Made by a program: the position numbers and the translations under genes | Source of the DNA: Mobula hypostoma | Lineage: Eukaryota | Reading direction: 5' to 3' | Length of the DNA: 64,000 nucleotides | Assembly (NCBI RefSeq): GCF_963921235.1 | Contig: NC_086097.1 | Span: forward strand, 28,274,001-28,338,000 | Shown: positions 50,619 to 63,832 of the stretch, piece after piece | How the letters are laid out: the number at the start of each line of letters is the position of its first letter | Numbering within the stretch: the first letter of the stretch is position 1 | The notes under the pieces: generated by a model | What the model was told of the DNA's origin: nothing | Database searches by the model: none | Seen by the model: the letters and a program-made list of their open reading frames with translations, nothing else

Positions 50619-51429
50619 CTTCCACAGTCAGGCAGAAACTTCCTTGTGAAACTAGACTTGGGTTCCCTGCCAGGAGACTTATTTAGATCCTGATGGATGA
50701 TCCTTCAAATTCTTCTTCACTTAAGCTTGTGTGACTGTGGGGAGACATAAAAACACAGATAAAATTATTCAATTGTTTCATATTTTAAGTTACAATAACA
50801 GAAACAGAAAATGTTGGAAAAATCTGGCAGGTCAGGCAGAGAGAGTTAATTGTAAAGGACTTTGATTGTAACATTAGCTGATTTCTCTCTCCTATTCCTT
50901 CTTCTCTCCTTGAAAGTACATACCACCAGGCACAAGGACAGCTTCTATTCCTCTGTTGAATGATTCCTTAGTGTGATGAAATGGACTCCTGACCTCTCGG
51001 TCTATGTCTTTATGACCTTGCACCTTATTGTTTATGTGTTCTTTACTTTCTCTATAACGCAACACTTTTATTCTGCACTCTGTTATTGTTTTGTCTTGAA
51101 CTACTTAATGCATTGTTGGAATGAAATGATCTGCAAGACAAGTTTTTCATTGTACCTTGATATATGTGACAATATTAAACCTATACCAACTCCATTTTCA
51201 GTTCCACAGATCATGCCTGACCTGCTTTTTCAGCATTTTCTGTTTCTATTTCATATTTCCTGCATCTGCATTATTCTTAATTTTCATTTAGTTATAATAA
51301 CAGTACTTAAATTTTCTGATTTATCTGTCATGTGCAAAACATCAATATTGCCTCTAAAACTCTGAGATACACAACACAAAAATAGGCCCTTGTGCCCAAC
51401 ACATCCACATTGTCTAGGGTGCTGACCTA

Positions 51430-52180
51430 AGCTGAAGCCATTATGAGAAGTAGAGATATGGTTAACCATAAAAATCTTTTTTCCAGGGTAGAAATGTCAA
51501 ATACAAAAGGGTGTGCTATTAAAATGAAAGGGAGAAAGTTTAAAGGGGATGTGTGGGACAAGATTTTCTTTACACAGGAAGTGGTGGGTGCCTGGATCAG
51601 GCGACAAGGGATAGTGGTGAAAGCAGATATGACAGCGGTAAGAGGATTTTAGACAGACACATGAATATGCATGGAGTGGAGGGATATGGATCATGTGCAG
51701 GCAGAAGGGATCGTGTCTGGTGCTGCCATCGTGGGCAAGAGGGCCTGCCCCTGTGCTGGACTGTTCTGGGTTCCATTTACCCACGAATGGCCCATTTCTC
51801 ACCAAACCTTTCCTATTCACACTTGTGTACAAATGCGTGTGGATGTGGAGAGGATGTTCCCTATGGTGGGGGAGTCTAAGACCAGAGAACACGGCCTCAG
51901 AATAGAGGGGTGTCCTTTTAGAATGGAGAAGAGGAGGAATTTCTTTAGCCAGAGAGTAGTGAAGCTGTGGAATTTGTTACCACAGGCAGGCTGTGGAACC
52001 CAAGTCATGGGGTGCATTTAAGGCAGAGGATTATAGGTTCTTGATTAGTTAGGCCATGAGTGTGTCACAGGGAGAAGGCAGGAGACTGGGGCTGAGAGGA
52101 AAATTGGATCAGCCACGATGAAATGGCGGAGCAGACTCAATACGCCAAATGGCCTAATTCTGCTCCTATATCTAATGGTT
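51430..52180 (+). mobile_element. Two CR1 3' fragments
   Basis: NLFSRVEMSNTKG...FFTQEVV; VDVERMFPMVGESKTR...RNFFSQRVVKLWN. Confidence 0.75.
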
Positions 52181-53179
52181 TTAAACATTGTAATTGACCA
52201 CTTCAGGAAACGCTATGTACACATCACCCTCTGTGTGAAAAATTTGCCCCCTGGATACCCTTTAAGTCTTTCCTCCCTCACCTTAAACCCCTGCCTTCTA
52301 AGTTTTAATCTCATCTATCTTAGGAAAAAGACTGTGACCATCTATCTTATCTATAAAACTGAGGCAAAACAGTAGTCGGGTCAATAGAACTGAGTCAAAT
52401 CATTACTGTTTACAAACCAGTAATGGAAAGTGGAACAGAAGAAATCCAAGGAGAAAGACACTTACATAACCTGGGACTGCCTGTGGTTAGTTTCAGTGAT
52501 GTTGGTCAGGGTCGTACAATAGCCTGCGGTCAGCTTAGAAACTCCTATCTGACCATTGGGACCTTGACTCAAGGGACCCATAATTAACATCACAATCCAG
52601 TGTGGGAAAGTGTATGTTCATGCACTTTCATGCATGTTCATGCACTTTGGGAGAAGGAATAAATGCATAGACTGTTTTCTGAATGGGAAATGAATTCAGA
52701 AATCAGAGGTGCCAAGAGACCTGAGATGCGATAAAGATTGGCTTTATTTGTCACACCTACATTGAAACATCAAAAGAGAGAGTGAACCATGCTGTCTGTG
52801 TCAAATCTAATCAGCAAGGGCAGTCATCACAGTTCTGACACCAAAATAGCAGGCCCACAACTTAACCCTAACCTCTTAGTTCTTCAGAATATGGGAGGAA
52901 ACTAGTGCACCCAGAGGAAACCCACGCAGTCATGGGAGAACATACAATCTTCTTACAGTGGCGTGAATCAAACCCCAAATCAGTGGTTAGCACAATCAGC
53001 TTATAGCACCCTCTGGTGCTAGAAACTGATTGTGCCAACCACTTAGTTACTGCACTGGCCAATTTGGTATCAGAACGGGAAAAGGCTGCATACAAATAAC
53101 TTGAAGAAAACATCTTAGAGATTGAACTGTTCAGGGGCAGACTACTGACTGAGTTTTCAGGAGACATAGGGCATACCCA

Positions 53180-53755
53180 AAACATAGAACATAGAACAGC
53201 AGAGCAAAGTCTAGGCCTTTTACCGCACAATGTGTGCCAACCTTTTAATCCAAGATCAATCTAACATTCCCCCCCTACATGGCCCTTCATTTTTCTTTCA
53301 TCCATGTGCCCATCTGAGAGTCAATTAAATGTCCTTAATGTATCTTCTCTACCACCACCATTGGCAGGTGCTTTCCACGCAGCCACAATTCCCTCTCTAA
53401 AAATCCTACCCCTGATATCCACGCTACACTTTCCTCCAATCACCTTAAAATTATGCCCCCTTGTATTAGCTATTTCAGTCCAGGGGGAAAGAAGTCTCTG
53501 GCAATCCACTCGGTCTATACTTCATCATCTCTATCAAGTTACCTCTCATCCTCCATTGCTCCAAAGAGCAAAGCCCTAGCTCGCTCAAACTATCTTCATA
53601 AGATATCCTGGTAAGTTTCCTCTGCACCCTCTCAAAGGCCTCCATATACTTCCTGTAATGGGGCAACTAGAAATGTGCACAATACTCCGAGTGCAGCGTA
53701 ATCCAACTTTTATGCAGCTGCAACATAACTTCCTTTCTCTGATACTCAATGCACC
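53180..53755 (-). mobile_element. CR1 3' fragment
   Basis: PHYRKYMEAFERVQRK...LGLCSLEQWRMRG; (CATAGAA)n tail on the + strand. Confidence 0.8.
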
Positions 53756-54608
53756 AATCTTATCTTCACTATTTCTATTTGCTTCCCATCCTGGTCCAGT
53801 CTCCTGCCAGGTTTCTGGTGAAGCCATTAAGTCCAGAGCTACTTCGAGGATAATTGTTTCCAGCTTTCCCATACTCCAGCACTACAATCACTTGCTTTCA
53901 GACAGTTTTCCCATGATTTACCCTAACTCACATTTCTTTTCGATATTCACTTCATCCATTCCCAATAGGATTAACTGACCATCTTCCTTCTGTTTTCAAA
54001 TAATCTCCAGGGTACAAGGGATAGTCAGGGAACACGAACAAGGATTACGTTTGTATTCACAGCAAAAATGTGGCGGATGCCATCCATCACAGGCAAAGCC
54101 CTTTCCACCATTGGACACATTTACAAGAAGCGCTGTCACGAGAAAACAGCATCCATCATCAAAGAACCCCCACCATCCAGGTCATGTTTCTTCTCACAAC
54201 TACTATCGGGCAGTAGGTACATAAGTCTTAGGTCCCACACCACTAAGCACAAGAACAATTACTACCCTTCAACCTATAAGGCTCTTGAACCAGTTTGGAT
54301 AACTTTAATGCCACTACTCTGAACTGATTCTACGACTGATAGACTCACTTTATAAATCACATGGCCAGCTCTATAATGGACACTCGCCTCCCCAGCATCG
54401 GACACCTTCGAAAGGTGGTATCCATCGTCAGGGACCTCCATCGCACCGGAAATGCCCTCCTCTCGTTGCTAACATCAAGGAGCCCAAAGACACACTCAAC
54501 ATTTCAGCGCAAACGCGAGGAATTCTGCAGATGCTGGAAATTCAAGCAACACACATCAAAGTTGCTGGTGAACACAGCAGGCCAGGCAGCATCTCTAGGA
54601 AGAGGTAC

Positions 54609-54644
54609 AGTCGACGTTTCAGGCTGAGACCCTTTGTCAGGACT
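54609..54644 (-). ncRNA. Minimal type I hammerhead ribozyme, core mutated (CUGACAA)
   Basis: Minus strand agtc-ctgacaa-agggtctcagcct-gaaa-c-gtc-gact. Confidence 0.6.
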
Positions 54645-54978
54645 AACTGAAGGAAGAGTGAGTAAGGGATTTGAAAGTTGGAGGGGGAGGGGGAGATCCA
54701 AAATGATAGGAGAAGACAGGAGGGGGAGGGATGGAGCCAAGAGCTGGACAGGTGATTGGCAAAAGGGGATACGAGAGGATCATGGGACAGGAGGCCAGTT
54801 CCCCCCTTCCCCTTTTCCTTCTCCCTGGGCCTCCTGTCCCATGATCCTCTCATATCCCCTTTGCCAATCACATGTCCAGCTCTTGGCTCCATCCCGCCCC
54901 CTCCCATCTTCTCCTATCATTTTGGATCTCCCCCTCCCCCTCCCCCTTTCAAATCTCTTACTAACTCTTCCTTCAGTT

Positions 54979-55014
54979 AGTCCTGACGAAGGGTCTCAGC
55001 CTGAAACGTCGACT
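54979..55014 (+). ncRNA. Minimal type I hammerhead ribozyme (PLE-associated), core intact
   Basis: agtc-CUGACGA-agggucucagccu-GAAA-c-GUC/gacu; predicted cleavage after 55010. Confidence 0.75.
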
Positions 55015-55339
55015 GTACCTCTTCCTAGAGATGCTGCCTGGCCTGCTGTGTTCACCAGCAACTTTGATGTGTGTTGCTCGACATTTCAGGAACAGCTTCT
55101 TACCCTCCACCATCAGATTTCTGAATGGACAATGAACCCATGAACACTAATCTAGTATTTTCTCTCTCTCTTTTTGCATTACTTATTTAATTTATTTTAT
55201 ATACTTATTGTGATTAATAGTTTATATTATTATATATTGCAAATTTCACAACATATGCCAGTGATATTAAACCTGATTCTGATTCACGATCTCAGTATTA
55301 TTTTTTATTTACACAGCTTGTCTTCTATCACACACTGAT

Positions 55340-55670
55340 AGAACATAGAACATTGAATAGTACAGCACAGTACAGGCCCTTCGGCCCACAATGTTGTGCC
55401 GACCCTCAAACCCTGCCTCCCATATAACCCCCCACCTTAGATTCCTCCATATACCTGTCTAGTAGTCTCTTAAACTTCACTAGTGTATCTGCCTCCACCA
55501 CTGACTCAGGCAGTGTATTCCACGCACCAACCACTCTCTGAGTAAAAAAACCTTCCTCTAATACCCTCCTTGAACTTCCCACCCCTTACTTTAAAGCCAT
55601 GTCCTCTTGTATTGAGTAGTGGTGCCCTGGGGAAGAGGCGCTGGCTATCCACTCTATCTATTCCTCTTAT
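55340..55670 (-). mobile_element. CR1 3' end
   Basis: Reverse complement closely matches 36985-37313. Confidence 0.85.
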
Positions 55671-55869
55671 TCCTCTGATTGTCAGTCTTTGCTAAATTCT
55701 ATTGTATGTTTTATTCTTTCTCTATAAGTGCCTGCGAGAAAATATATCGCAAGGTTTAAAATAGTAATACTGTATATGCCTACTTTGACAACAAATTTAC
55801 TTTGAAGAAACAGGCCATTTGGCCCAACTTGTCTCTTTCCTTCACCACATTGGCATGACTTGCATATTG

Positions 55870-58040
55870 CACGAGGGAACCATTCAATAGTATTTTTGAA
55901 GGAGAAGCTAAAGTCAGATTTACAGTGGAGTACAGAGGCATGAGAGATGAGTTCTCCAAAATTGATTGGACAAAAACACAGGCAGGGATGATGTCAGTGC
56001 AGCAATGGCTGAAATTTCTGAAAGCAATTCCGAAGGCACAGGATTTACACATCCCAAAAAGGAAGAAGTATTCTAAAGGCAAGATGACACAAAGATAGCG
56101 AACAAGGGAAGTCAAAGCCAACATAAAAGCCAAAGAGGGGGCATATAATAGAACAAAAATTATTGGGAAGTTAGAGGATTGGGAAGCTTTTTAAAATCAA
56201 CAGAAGGCAATTTAAAAAGTGATTAAGAAGAACAAGATGGAATATGAAAGCAAGCCAGCCAATAATATTAAAGAGGATACCAAAAGTTTCTTCAAGTATA
56301 TAAAGTGTAAAGGAGAGGTGAGAATGGATATCGGACCGTTGGAAAACGATGATAGAGAGGTAATAATGGGGGACAAAGAAATAGTGGACGAACTGAATAA
56401 GTATTTTGGATCAGTCTTCACTGTAGAAGATACCGGCAGTATGATTGAAGGTCTAGAATGTTGAGGGTCAGCAGTGTGTGAAGTTGCCATTATTAGGGAG
56501 AACGTTCTTGGGAAACTGGAAGGTCAGAAGGTAGATAAGTCACCTGGACTAGATGGTGTACAACCCAGGGTTTTGAAAGAGATGGCCGAACAGATTGTGA
56601 AGGCATTAGTAATTACCTTCAAGAATCACTAGATTCTGGAATGGTTCTGGAAGACTGGAAAATTGTAAATATCACCCCACTCCAAGAAGGGAGAGAGAGA
56701 GGCAGAAGAAAGGAAACCATAGGCCAGTTAGTCTGACTTCAGTGGTTGGGAAGATGTTGGGAGTCAATTGTTAAGAATATGGTCTTGGAGTACTTGGAGG
56801 CATATGATAAAATAGGGCATAGTCAGCATGGTGCCTGACAAATCTGTTGGAATACTTTGAAGAAGTAACAAGCAAGTTAGACCAAGGAGAATCAGTTGAT
56901 GTCGTGTACCTGGATTTTCAGAACCCTTGGACAAGGTATCATACATGAGGCTGCTTAACAAGTTAACAGCCCATGGTATTACAGGAAAGACACTAGCATG
57001 TGATAAAGATAAAGCAATGGCTGATCGGCAGGAGGCAAAGAGTGGGAATAATAGGAGCCTATTCTGGTTGATTACCGGTAACTACTGGTGTTCCACGGAG
57101 GTCTTTGTTGGGACCGATTCTTTTTACATTATGCTGTATGTCAATGACTTGGATGATGGAATTGATGGCTTGGTTGCAAAGTTTACAGGAGGTACGAAGA
57201 TAAATAGATGGGCAGGTAGCTTTGAGGAAGTACAGAGGCTACAGAAGAACTTAGACAGATTATGATAATGGGCAAAGAAGTGGCAGATGGAATACAGTAT
57301 TGGTCATGCATTTCAATAGAAGAAATAAATGGGTAGACTATTTTCTAAATGGAGAGAAAATTCAAAAGTCTGAGGTGCAAAAGGACCTGGGAGTTCTTGT
57401 GCAGGGTTCCCTGAAGATTAATTTGCAGGTTGAGTCTGGATGAGGTAGGCAAATGTGATGTTAAGTTTCATTTCACGAGGACATAATGTTGTAACTTTAT
57501 AAAGTACTGATAAGTATCGTGAGCAGTTTGGGGCCCCTTATCTTAGAAGGGATTTGCTGACACTGAAGAGGGTTCAAAGGAGGTTCATGAAAATATTTCC
57601 AGGATTGAACAGCTTGTCATATGAAGAGCCTGGGCCTGTATTCACTAGAATTCAGAAGAACGAGGGATGATCTAATTGAAACACATCAGATGATGAAAGG
57701 TCTTGATAGAGTGGACGTGGAGAGGATATTTCCTATGGTGGGAGAGTATGGGACCAGAGGGGACAGTCTCAGAACAGAGGGGCGTCCTTTTAGAACAGAG
57801 ATGAGGAGGAATTTCTTTAGCCAGAGAGTGGTGAATCTGCGGAATCCTTTGCTACAGGCAGCTGTGGAGGTCGTCTTTTAAGGCAGTGGTTGACAGATTT
57901 TTGATTGTTCAAGGCATGAAGGGATATGGGGAGAAGGCAGACGATTGGGACTGAGAGGAATACTGGATCAGCCATGACGAAATGGTGGAGCAGACTCGAT
58001 GGGCCAAATGGCTTAATTCTGCTCCTATATCTTATGGTCT
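55870..58040 (+). mobile_element. Degenerate CR1 LINE ORF2
   Basis: NIKEDTKSFFKYIK, ELNKYFGSVFT, VNDLDDG, RRNFFSQRVVN. Confidence 0.88.
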
Positions 58041-59369
58041 TATAACAGCAAGGTATCATCTGCCTCAGACATTCTCTGCTCTCCCCTTTGCCATTGGCAG
58101 AAGATACAAAAGCCTTGAAGCACCCCTAATAAGCTCAAGAACAGCTTCTACCCCACTGTTCTCAGGGTCTTGAACAGATCTCGTGAACAATAAGATAGAC
58201 CCTTGACCTCACAATCTACCTTGTTGTGATCTTGCAACCTGCACTGCAATTTCTCTGCATGTTATTGTTTTACCATGTTCTACCTCAATGCACTGTGTAA
58301 TAATTTGATGTGTATGAACAGTACGTAAGACAAGCTTTTCACTGTATCTTGATACATGTAACACAATAAACCAATACTAATGACCTGGTGTAATGGTAGA
58401 ATAAGGGGTGTGATGTGCCCACAAGGTTACAGATTGTGACAGAGTTTATTACTGACAGGGACTGTGATAAAACATTCAATATATCCCACTGTGACAAGGT
58501 TAACAGAATGTACACAGAGTGGGTGAGTTCAGTAACCATGACCCAGAGTGTCCAAGTCAACCAAATCCATATTGGAATGCTATTGGAAATGTTGTAGCAT
58601 GTTCAGGCAATCCAGAGATAGTTTTGGTACATTACACAAGTACAGTGGGTATTTTAGAATAATAGGCACTGGAGCATGTTGGATCTCCCACTATAACAGC
58701 GATACAGTGGAAGATTTAGTATATTATTGTTACAGTGAGAGTCACAGTGGGTCAGGATGTTACAGTGAGCTTCTTAATATATTAACCATTTGCTGAAGAG
58801 ATTTAATATTTAGGATGTGGTGGAGAGAGATTCGGTATATTAGAATTTCAGTGATAGATTCAGTGCACTAGAAAGTGGGGAGAGATTTGGTATGTCTGTA
58901 TATCACTGTGAGAGATTTAGTATATCATCACCCACCACCCTCTGTGTAAAGAAAAGCTTACCTCTGACATCTTCCCCCCCCACCATCACCTTAAGGTTTG
59001 CCCTCTTCTATTAGCCATTTCCATGCTGAGGGAAATACAAAACAGTCGCTGCCTGTCCTCTTATCATCTTGTACACATCAGTAAAGTTGCCTGTCACCCT
59101 CACTTGCTCCAAGGAGAAAAGCCTTTTCACTAAAGCTCAATACACGTGATCAGTACTAAATACCGATTCTTGGGAATGGAGGGGAGGGAGGAGGGGAGAA
59201 TATATTACAGGAAAATTGGATTGAGACATAAGAGATTCTGGAATCTCAAGGAAAAAATAAGTTGCTGGAGGATCGAGCAACATTCGTGGAGGCAGAGGGA
59301 GGGTCAAGACTCGGCATCAGCAGAACGGGATGGCTCTGTCAGCTGGACAGAAATGGCCCCTTATCTCAC

Positions 59370-59970
59370 TTGCCTCTGTAAAACCATGCTTAGATCACAC
59401 TTGTGCTCGGTTCTGGCCGCCTCATTTTAGGAAGGATGCAGAAGCTTTAGAGAAGGTGAAGAGGAAATTTACTAGGCTGCTTTCTGGATTAAAGAGCATG
59501 CCTTATAAGGATAAGTTGAGCAAACTAGGGCTTTTCTCTTTGGAGAGGAGGATGAGAAGTGACTTGTTAGAGGTGTACCAGATGACAAAAGGCATAGATC
59601 AAGTGGACAGACAGAGACTTTTCCCCAGGATGGAAATAGCTAATTCAAAGGGGTATCATTTTAAAGTGATTGGAGGACAGTATTGGGGGATATCAGAAGT
59701 AAGTTTTTGGTTTTTTTTAACACAGAGAGTGCAGAGTGTGTAGAATGCGCTGACATGGCTGGTGGTAGAGGCAGATACATTAGGGGCATGTAAGGGACTC
59801 TTGTATAGCCACATGGATGAAAGAAAGATGAAGGGTTATTTGGGAGGGTAGGGGTGAATTGGTAGAATATAGAACACTTTAGCACAGTACAGTAAGATCA
59901 ATCTACCTCAGAGTAGGTTAAAAGTTCAGCAGAACATCATGGGCCGAAGGGCCTGTACCAAGTTGTGCTT
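59370..59970 (+). mobile_element. CR1 3' fragment
   Basis: FWPPHFRKDAEALEKVKRKFTRLL...LGLFSLERR. Confidence 0.8.
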
Positions 59971-60606
59971 TATGAAAAAAAATGTGCCTTTCTGCGCCTT
60001 GTGGCGCATTGGGCAGGATCCTTGCCATTTCGCTAGCATTCTGTCTGCTTTTTCACAAGGCCGAGTTGGTAGCTCGCCGCTCAACCCAATGCAGATGGAA
60101 AGCGTGCAGGGAGCTGGCCAGATTCCAACCCATGTGAAAATACAATGTGGGAATCAGTACACAGTGAGATCCCATGGATATTGATGGTCTGTTTTAGTTA
60201 TTATGTTGTGGGATAAATACAGGCCAGACCACCAGGAAGAACCCTCCTGCTTTTCTTCAACAAAGACTGCAGTGCAAGAGTTGACAAGGACTGCGACAGG
60301 CGTCAAATGAACAGCCCCTCTGAGAGAAAAGGGGTAGTCAACAGATTCCCTGACCAGCCTGCAACGAAGGAGGGGGCAACCTGGACCACTGTGCTGGGAT
60401 ATCTTCTAACTTCTTCCATCACATCCCAATGCTCCAGCGTGACCCACCCACGTCTCAGAGGTTACACCAAAGATTAGCTGCCTAAACTACCTCCCCCCCA
60501 CCTTCCTGAGCCTAACCTTCCCCTCCAACCACTTCCGTTTCCAAGCCTGCACAGAGACCGCCCGTCTTTGGGTACCTCCTGGAGACATTCCAGCAACCCC
60601 TGTTCA

Positions 60607-60960
60607 TCGCAACACACACAAAATGGTGGAGGAACTCAGCGGGCCGGGCAGCGCCTATGGAGAATACTAAACAGTTGACGTTCCAGGCCGAGACCCTTCC
60701 TCAGGACTGGGAAGGAGGGGGAAAGAAGTCAGACTAAGAAGGTGGGGAGGGGGGGAGGAAGACATACAAGGAGGCAGGTGATAGGTGAAAGCAGGAGAGG
60801 GGCAAGGGGTGAGGTAAAGAGCTGGGAAGTTGATTGGTGAAAGTGATAAAGGGGGAATCTGATAGGAGAGGACAGAAGACCATGGAAGAAAGGGAAGGAG
60901 GAGAGGCACCAGAAGGAGGTAATGGGCAGGTAAGGAGAGAAGGTATGAGAGGAGTGAGAA
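60607..60960 (-). mobile_element. Penelope-like pLTR with degenerate hammerhead
   Basis: Minus strand ccagtcctgaggaagggtctcggcctggaacgtcaactg (about 60672-60710). Confidence 0.75.
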
Positions 60961-61404
60961 GTTCGTTTATGGTGTCATAGGCATATATATATATACACAG
61001 AGTGTAAACACCATGCAAATTAGCTCTTAGCAGCTGCTGTAACAAAGTACATAATGAGGACAGTCATAATAACTGTTAGATTAACATAAATTACACATAA
61101 TTTGTGATTTACTGTATGTCAACAGACAAAATGCAGAAGATAAGTGATGAGGGGGTGGAGATAATTGGGAACGATCCCACAGGACTGCATTCCACAGGAA
61201 TTTCTCCATTCTTTTCTAAAAAAGATTCCTGGCGCGCCCCTTGGAACGACCCTCGGTGAGGATGAACAGTCAGAGCCTCTGCCCCAAGACAGAACTGTCA
61301 CCTGTGACACTCTATTCAGCCAGGTAAAAAGATTAAACCACCCTCCTCCCAGCCACAGGCTGAGGACTCAGAGCCTCACCCAGAGGCAATGTCATGTACA
61401 TTCT

Positions 61405-61830
61405 CAACACAAAAGATTCTGCAGGTACTAGAAATCTTGTGCAACACACACATGCTGGAGGTCTCTATGGTGGGGAATAAACAGACAACATTTCAGGCTG
61501 AGATCCTTCATCAGGACTGGAAAGGAAGGGCCAGAAGCCAGAATAAGAAAGTGGAGGCAGTGAGGAGGAGTGCATTGACAGGTGATAGGTGCGGGGGAGG
61601 GGTCATGAAGTTAGAAGCTAGGAGGAGATAGGCAAGGCAAAATCCCCTCCCCCACTGTCCTCCTTTCCCTGACACAACCCACCTGTCATCTACCACCCTC
61701 CTCAGTCCTCCAGTCACCTTGGACTCCTGCCTCATCCCTCCCCCTCTCAGTTCCGATACTGGATCACAACCCAAAATGTCGACAATTCCCGCTCCTCCCA
61801 CCCCATGCTGTTCAACCCACCGAGTTCCTC
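61405..61830. mobile_element. Older inverted pair of Penelope-like fragments
   Basis: Minus arm with ccagtcctgatgaaggatctcagcctgaaatgttg; degenerate plus arm 61640-61830. Confidence 0.55.
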
Positions 61831-61833
61831 CGA

Positions 61834-62365
61834 GATAAAGATGAAGCCAGACTCAGGTTGGAGGAACAACACCTTATATTCCGTCTGGGTAGCCTCCAAC
61901 CTGATGGCATGAATATTGACTTCTCTAACTTCTGCTAATGCCCCACCTCCCCCTCGTACCCCATCCGTTATTTATTTATATACACACATTCTTTCTCTCA
62001 CTCTCCTTTTTCTCCCTCTGTCCCTCTGAATATACCTCTTGCCCATCCTCTGGGTCACCCCCCCCTTGTCTTTCTTCCCGGACCTCCTGTCCCATGATCC
62101 TCTCGTATCCCTTTTGCCAATCACCTGTCCAACTCTTGGCTCCATCCCTCCCCCTCCTGTCTTCTCCTATCATTTTGCATCTCCCCCTCCCCCTCCCACT
62201 TTCAAATCCCTTACTCACTCTTCCTTCAGTTAGTCCTGACGAAGGGTCTCGGCCCGAAACGTCGACTGCACCTCTTCCTACAGATGCTGCTTGGCCTGCT
62301 GCGTTCACCAGCAACTTTGATGTGTGTTGCTTGAATTTCCAGCATCTGCGGAATTGCTCGTGTTT
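61834..62365 (+). mobile_element. 5'-truncated Penelope-like element (GIY-YIG C-terminus, pLTR and tail)
   Basis: KDEARLRLEEQHLIFRLGSLQPDGMNIDFSNFC*; highly similar to 19530-20031. Confidence 0.9.
62232..62267 (+). ncRNA. Minimal type I hammerhead ribozyme (PLE-associated), fully canonical core
   Basis: Stem I agtc/gact, CUGACGA (62236-62242), stem II GGG-ucucgg-CCC, GAAA (62256-62259), palindromic ACGU stem III, GUC site (cleavage after 62263). Confidence 0.82.
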
Positions 62366-62389
62366 ACCAGTTCCTCCTTCAGATGGTTT

Positions 62390-62690
62390 TAAAGATTAGC
62401 TTTCATTGTCGCACGTGCACACGCAACGTTCAGTGAAATGCCTCGTTTGTGTCAGCAAACTAACGCAGGCTCAGGACGCGCGGGGAGCAGCCGGCAAGTG
62501 TTGTCACGCTTCTACCACCAACAGCTTACTAACCCCAACCACATCTCTTTGGAATGTGGGAGAGAATCGGAGCAACCACGGGAACCCATGACTTTACGGG
62601 AAGAGTGTACAAACATTTTTTTTAAAAAAACAGCAGCGGGAACTGAATCCTGATTTATAACGTGATGCGCTAACCGCTACGCTGTCACGG
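62390..62690 (-). mobile_element. V-domain SINE
   Basis: ctttggaatgtgggagagaatcggagcaaccacgggaaccc...gcgctaaccgctacgc. Confidence 0.65.
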
Positions 62691-62709
62691 GGCCCCCCGT
62701 TTAAGATGA

Positions 62710-63832
62710 TTTGACATGAAGGGAGACAGATTAGACTGTTTGTCGGTTCTGAGTGACACTGAAGTCGGTACAGGGTCACCACAAGGCTGTGTGCCGAGTC
62801 CTCTGCTCTACTGTACTCGCTTTGTACTTGCGACTGCTCCGATGCCATATTTGAGTTCGCCGGTGACACCACTGTCTCTGGCCGAATGAAAGCTGGTGAA
62901 CAATCAGCATGTGGGAGGGAGGTTGAAAATGTGGCCGAGTGGCGCCACAACAACATCCTCTCACTCAATGTCGGCAGGACCGAGGTTCTGATACTTGACT
63001 TCAGGGGGAAGAACCTGAGGGCCCGCGAACCAGTCCTCGTCGGAGGATCAGAGTGGGAGCGGGTCAGCGGTTTTAAATTCCTCAGTTCAATCATTTCAGA
63101 GGATCAGTACATGAATGCGATTACAAAGAAAACGCGGCACATTCTGTGATTTCTTAGAAGTTTGCGAAGATCTGGCACGTCATCTAAAACTTGGGCAAAC
63201 TTCTGTGGATGTGTAGTGGAGAGTATGTTGACTGGTAGTTTCGCGGCCTGATATGGAAATACCAATGCTCTTGTATGGAAAAGCCTACAAGAAGTGGTTT
63301 TATCCGGGCCAGTCCATCGCGGGTTAAGCTCTCGCCACAATTGAGCAAATGCCACGGGAGCACTGTTTACAGGAAAGCAGAATTCATCATCAGGGACCCG
63401 AACCATCCAGGTAAGGCTCTTTTCTCACTGCTGCCATCAGCAAGAAGGTACAGGAGCCCCAGGACCTGCAGCGCCAGGTTCAGGAACAGTTATTACCCCT
63501 CAGCCATGATGCTCCTGAACCTGAGGAGTTAACTTCACTGAATTTCACTTGCCCATCTCTGAACTATTTCTACAACCTATGCACTCACCTTCAAGAACTC
63601 TTCATCTCATGTTCTCGATATTTATTACAGATTTACTATTTTTTTCTCTTTTGTGTTCACAAAGTTTGCTGTTCTTTTTTTCACATTGGGTGTTGTCCAT
63701 CCTGCTGGATGTTGTCTTCCATTGATTCTATTGTGTTTCATGTATTTACCGTGATTGCCTGCACGAAAATGAACCTTGGGGATGTATATGGTGACATATA
63801 TGTACTTTAATAATAAATTTACTTTGAACTTT
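62710..63832 (+). mobile_element. Rex1/Babar-clade LINE RT 3' fragment
   Basis: QGCVPSPLL, FAGDTTV, W...NILSLNV.RTEVLILDFR, HPGKALFSLLPSARRYRS...RFRNSYYPSA; aataaatttactttgaactttgaa tail. Confidence 0.85.

Larger units (their letters stand above)
54508..55076. mobile_element. Inverted Penelope-like pLTR pair with ~250-bp arms, inserted in a Rex1-like fragment
   Basis: Minus arm ~54545-54796 and plus arm ~54827-55078 are near-identical reverse complements; TSD ctc(a/g)acatttcag at 54495-54507 and 55077-55089. Confidence 0.9.
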
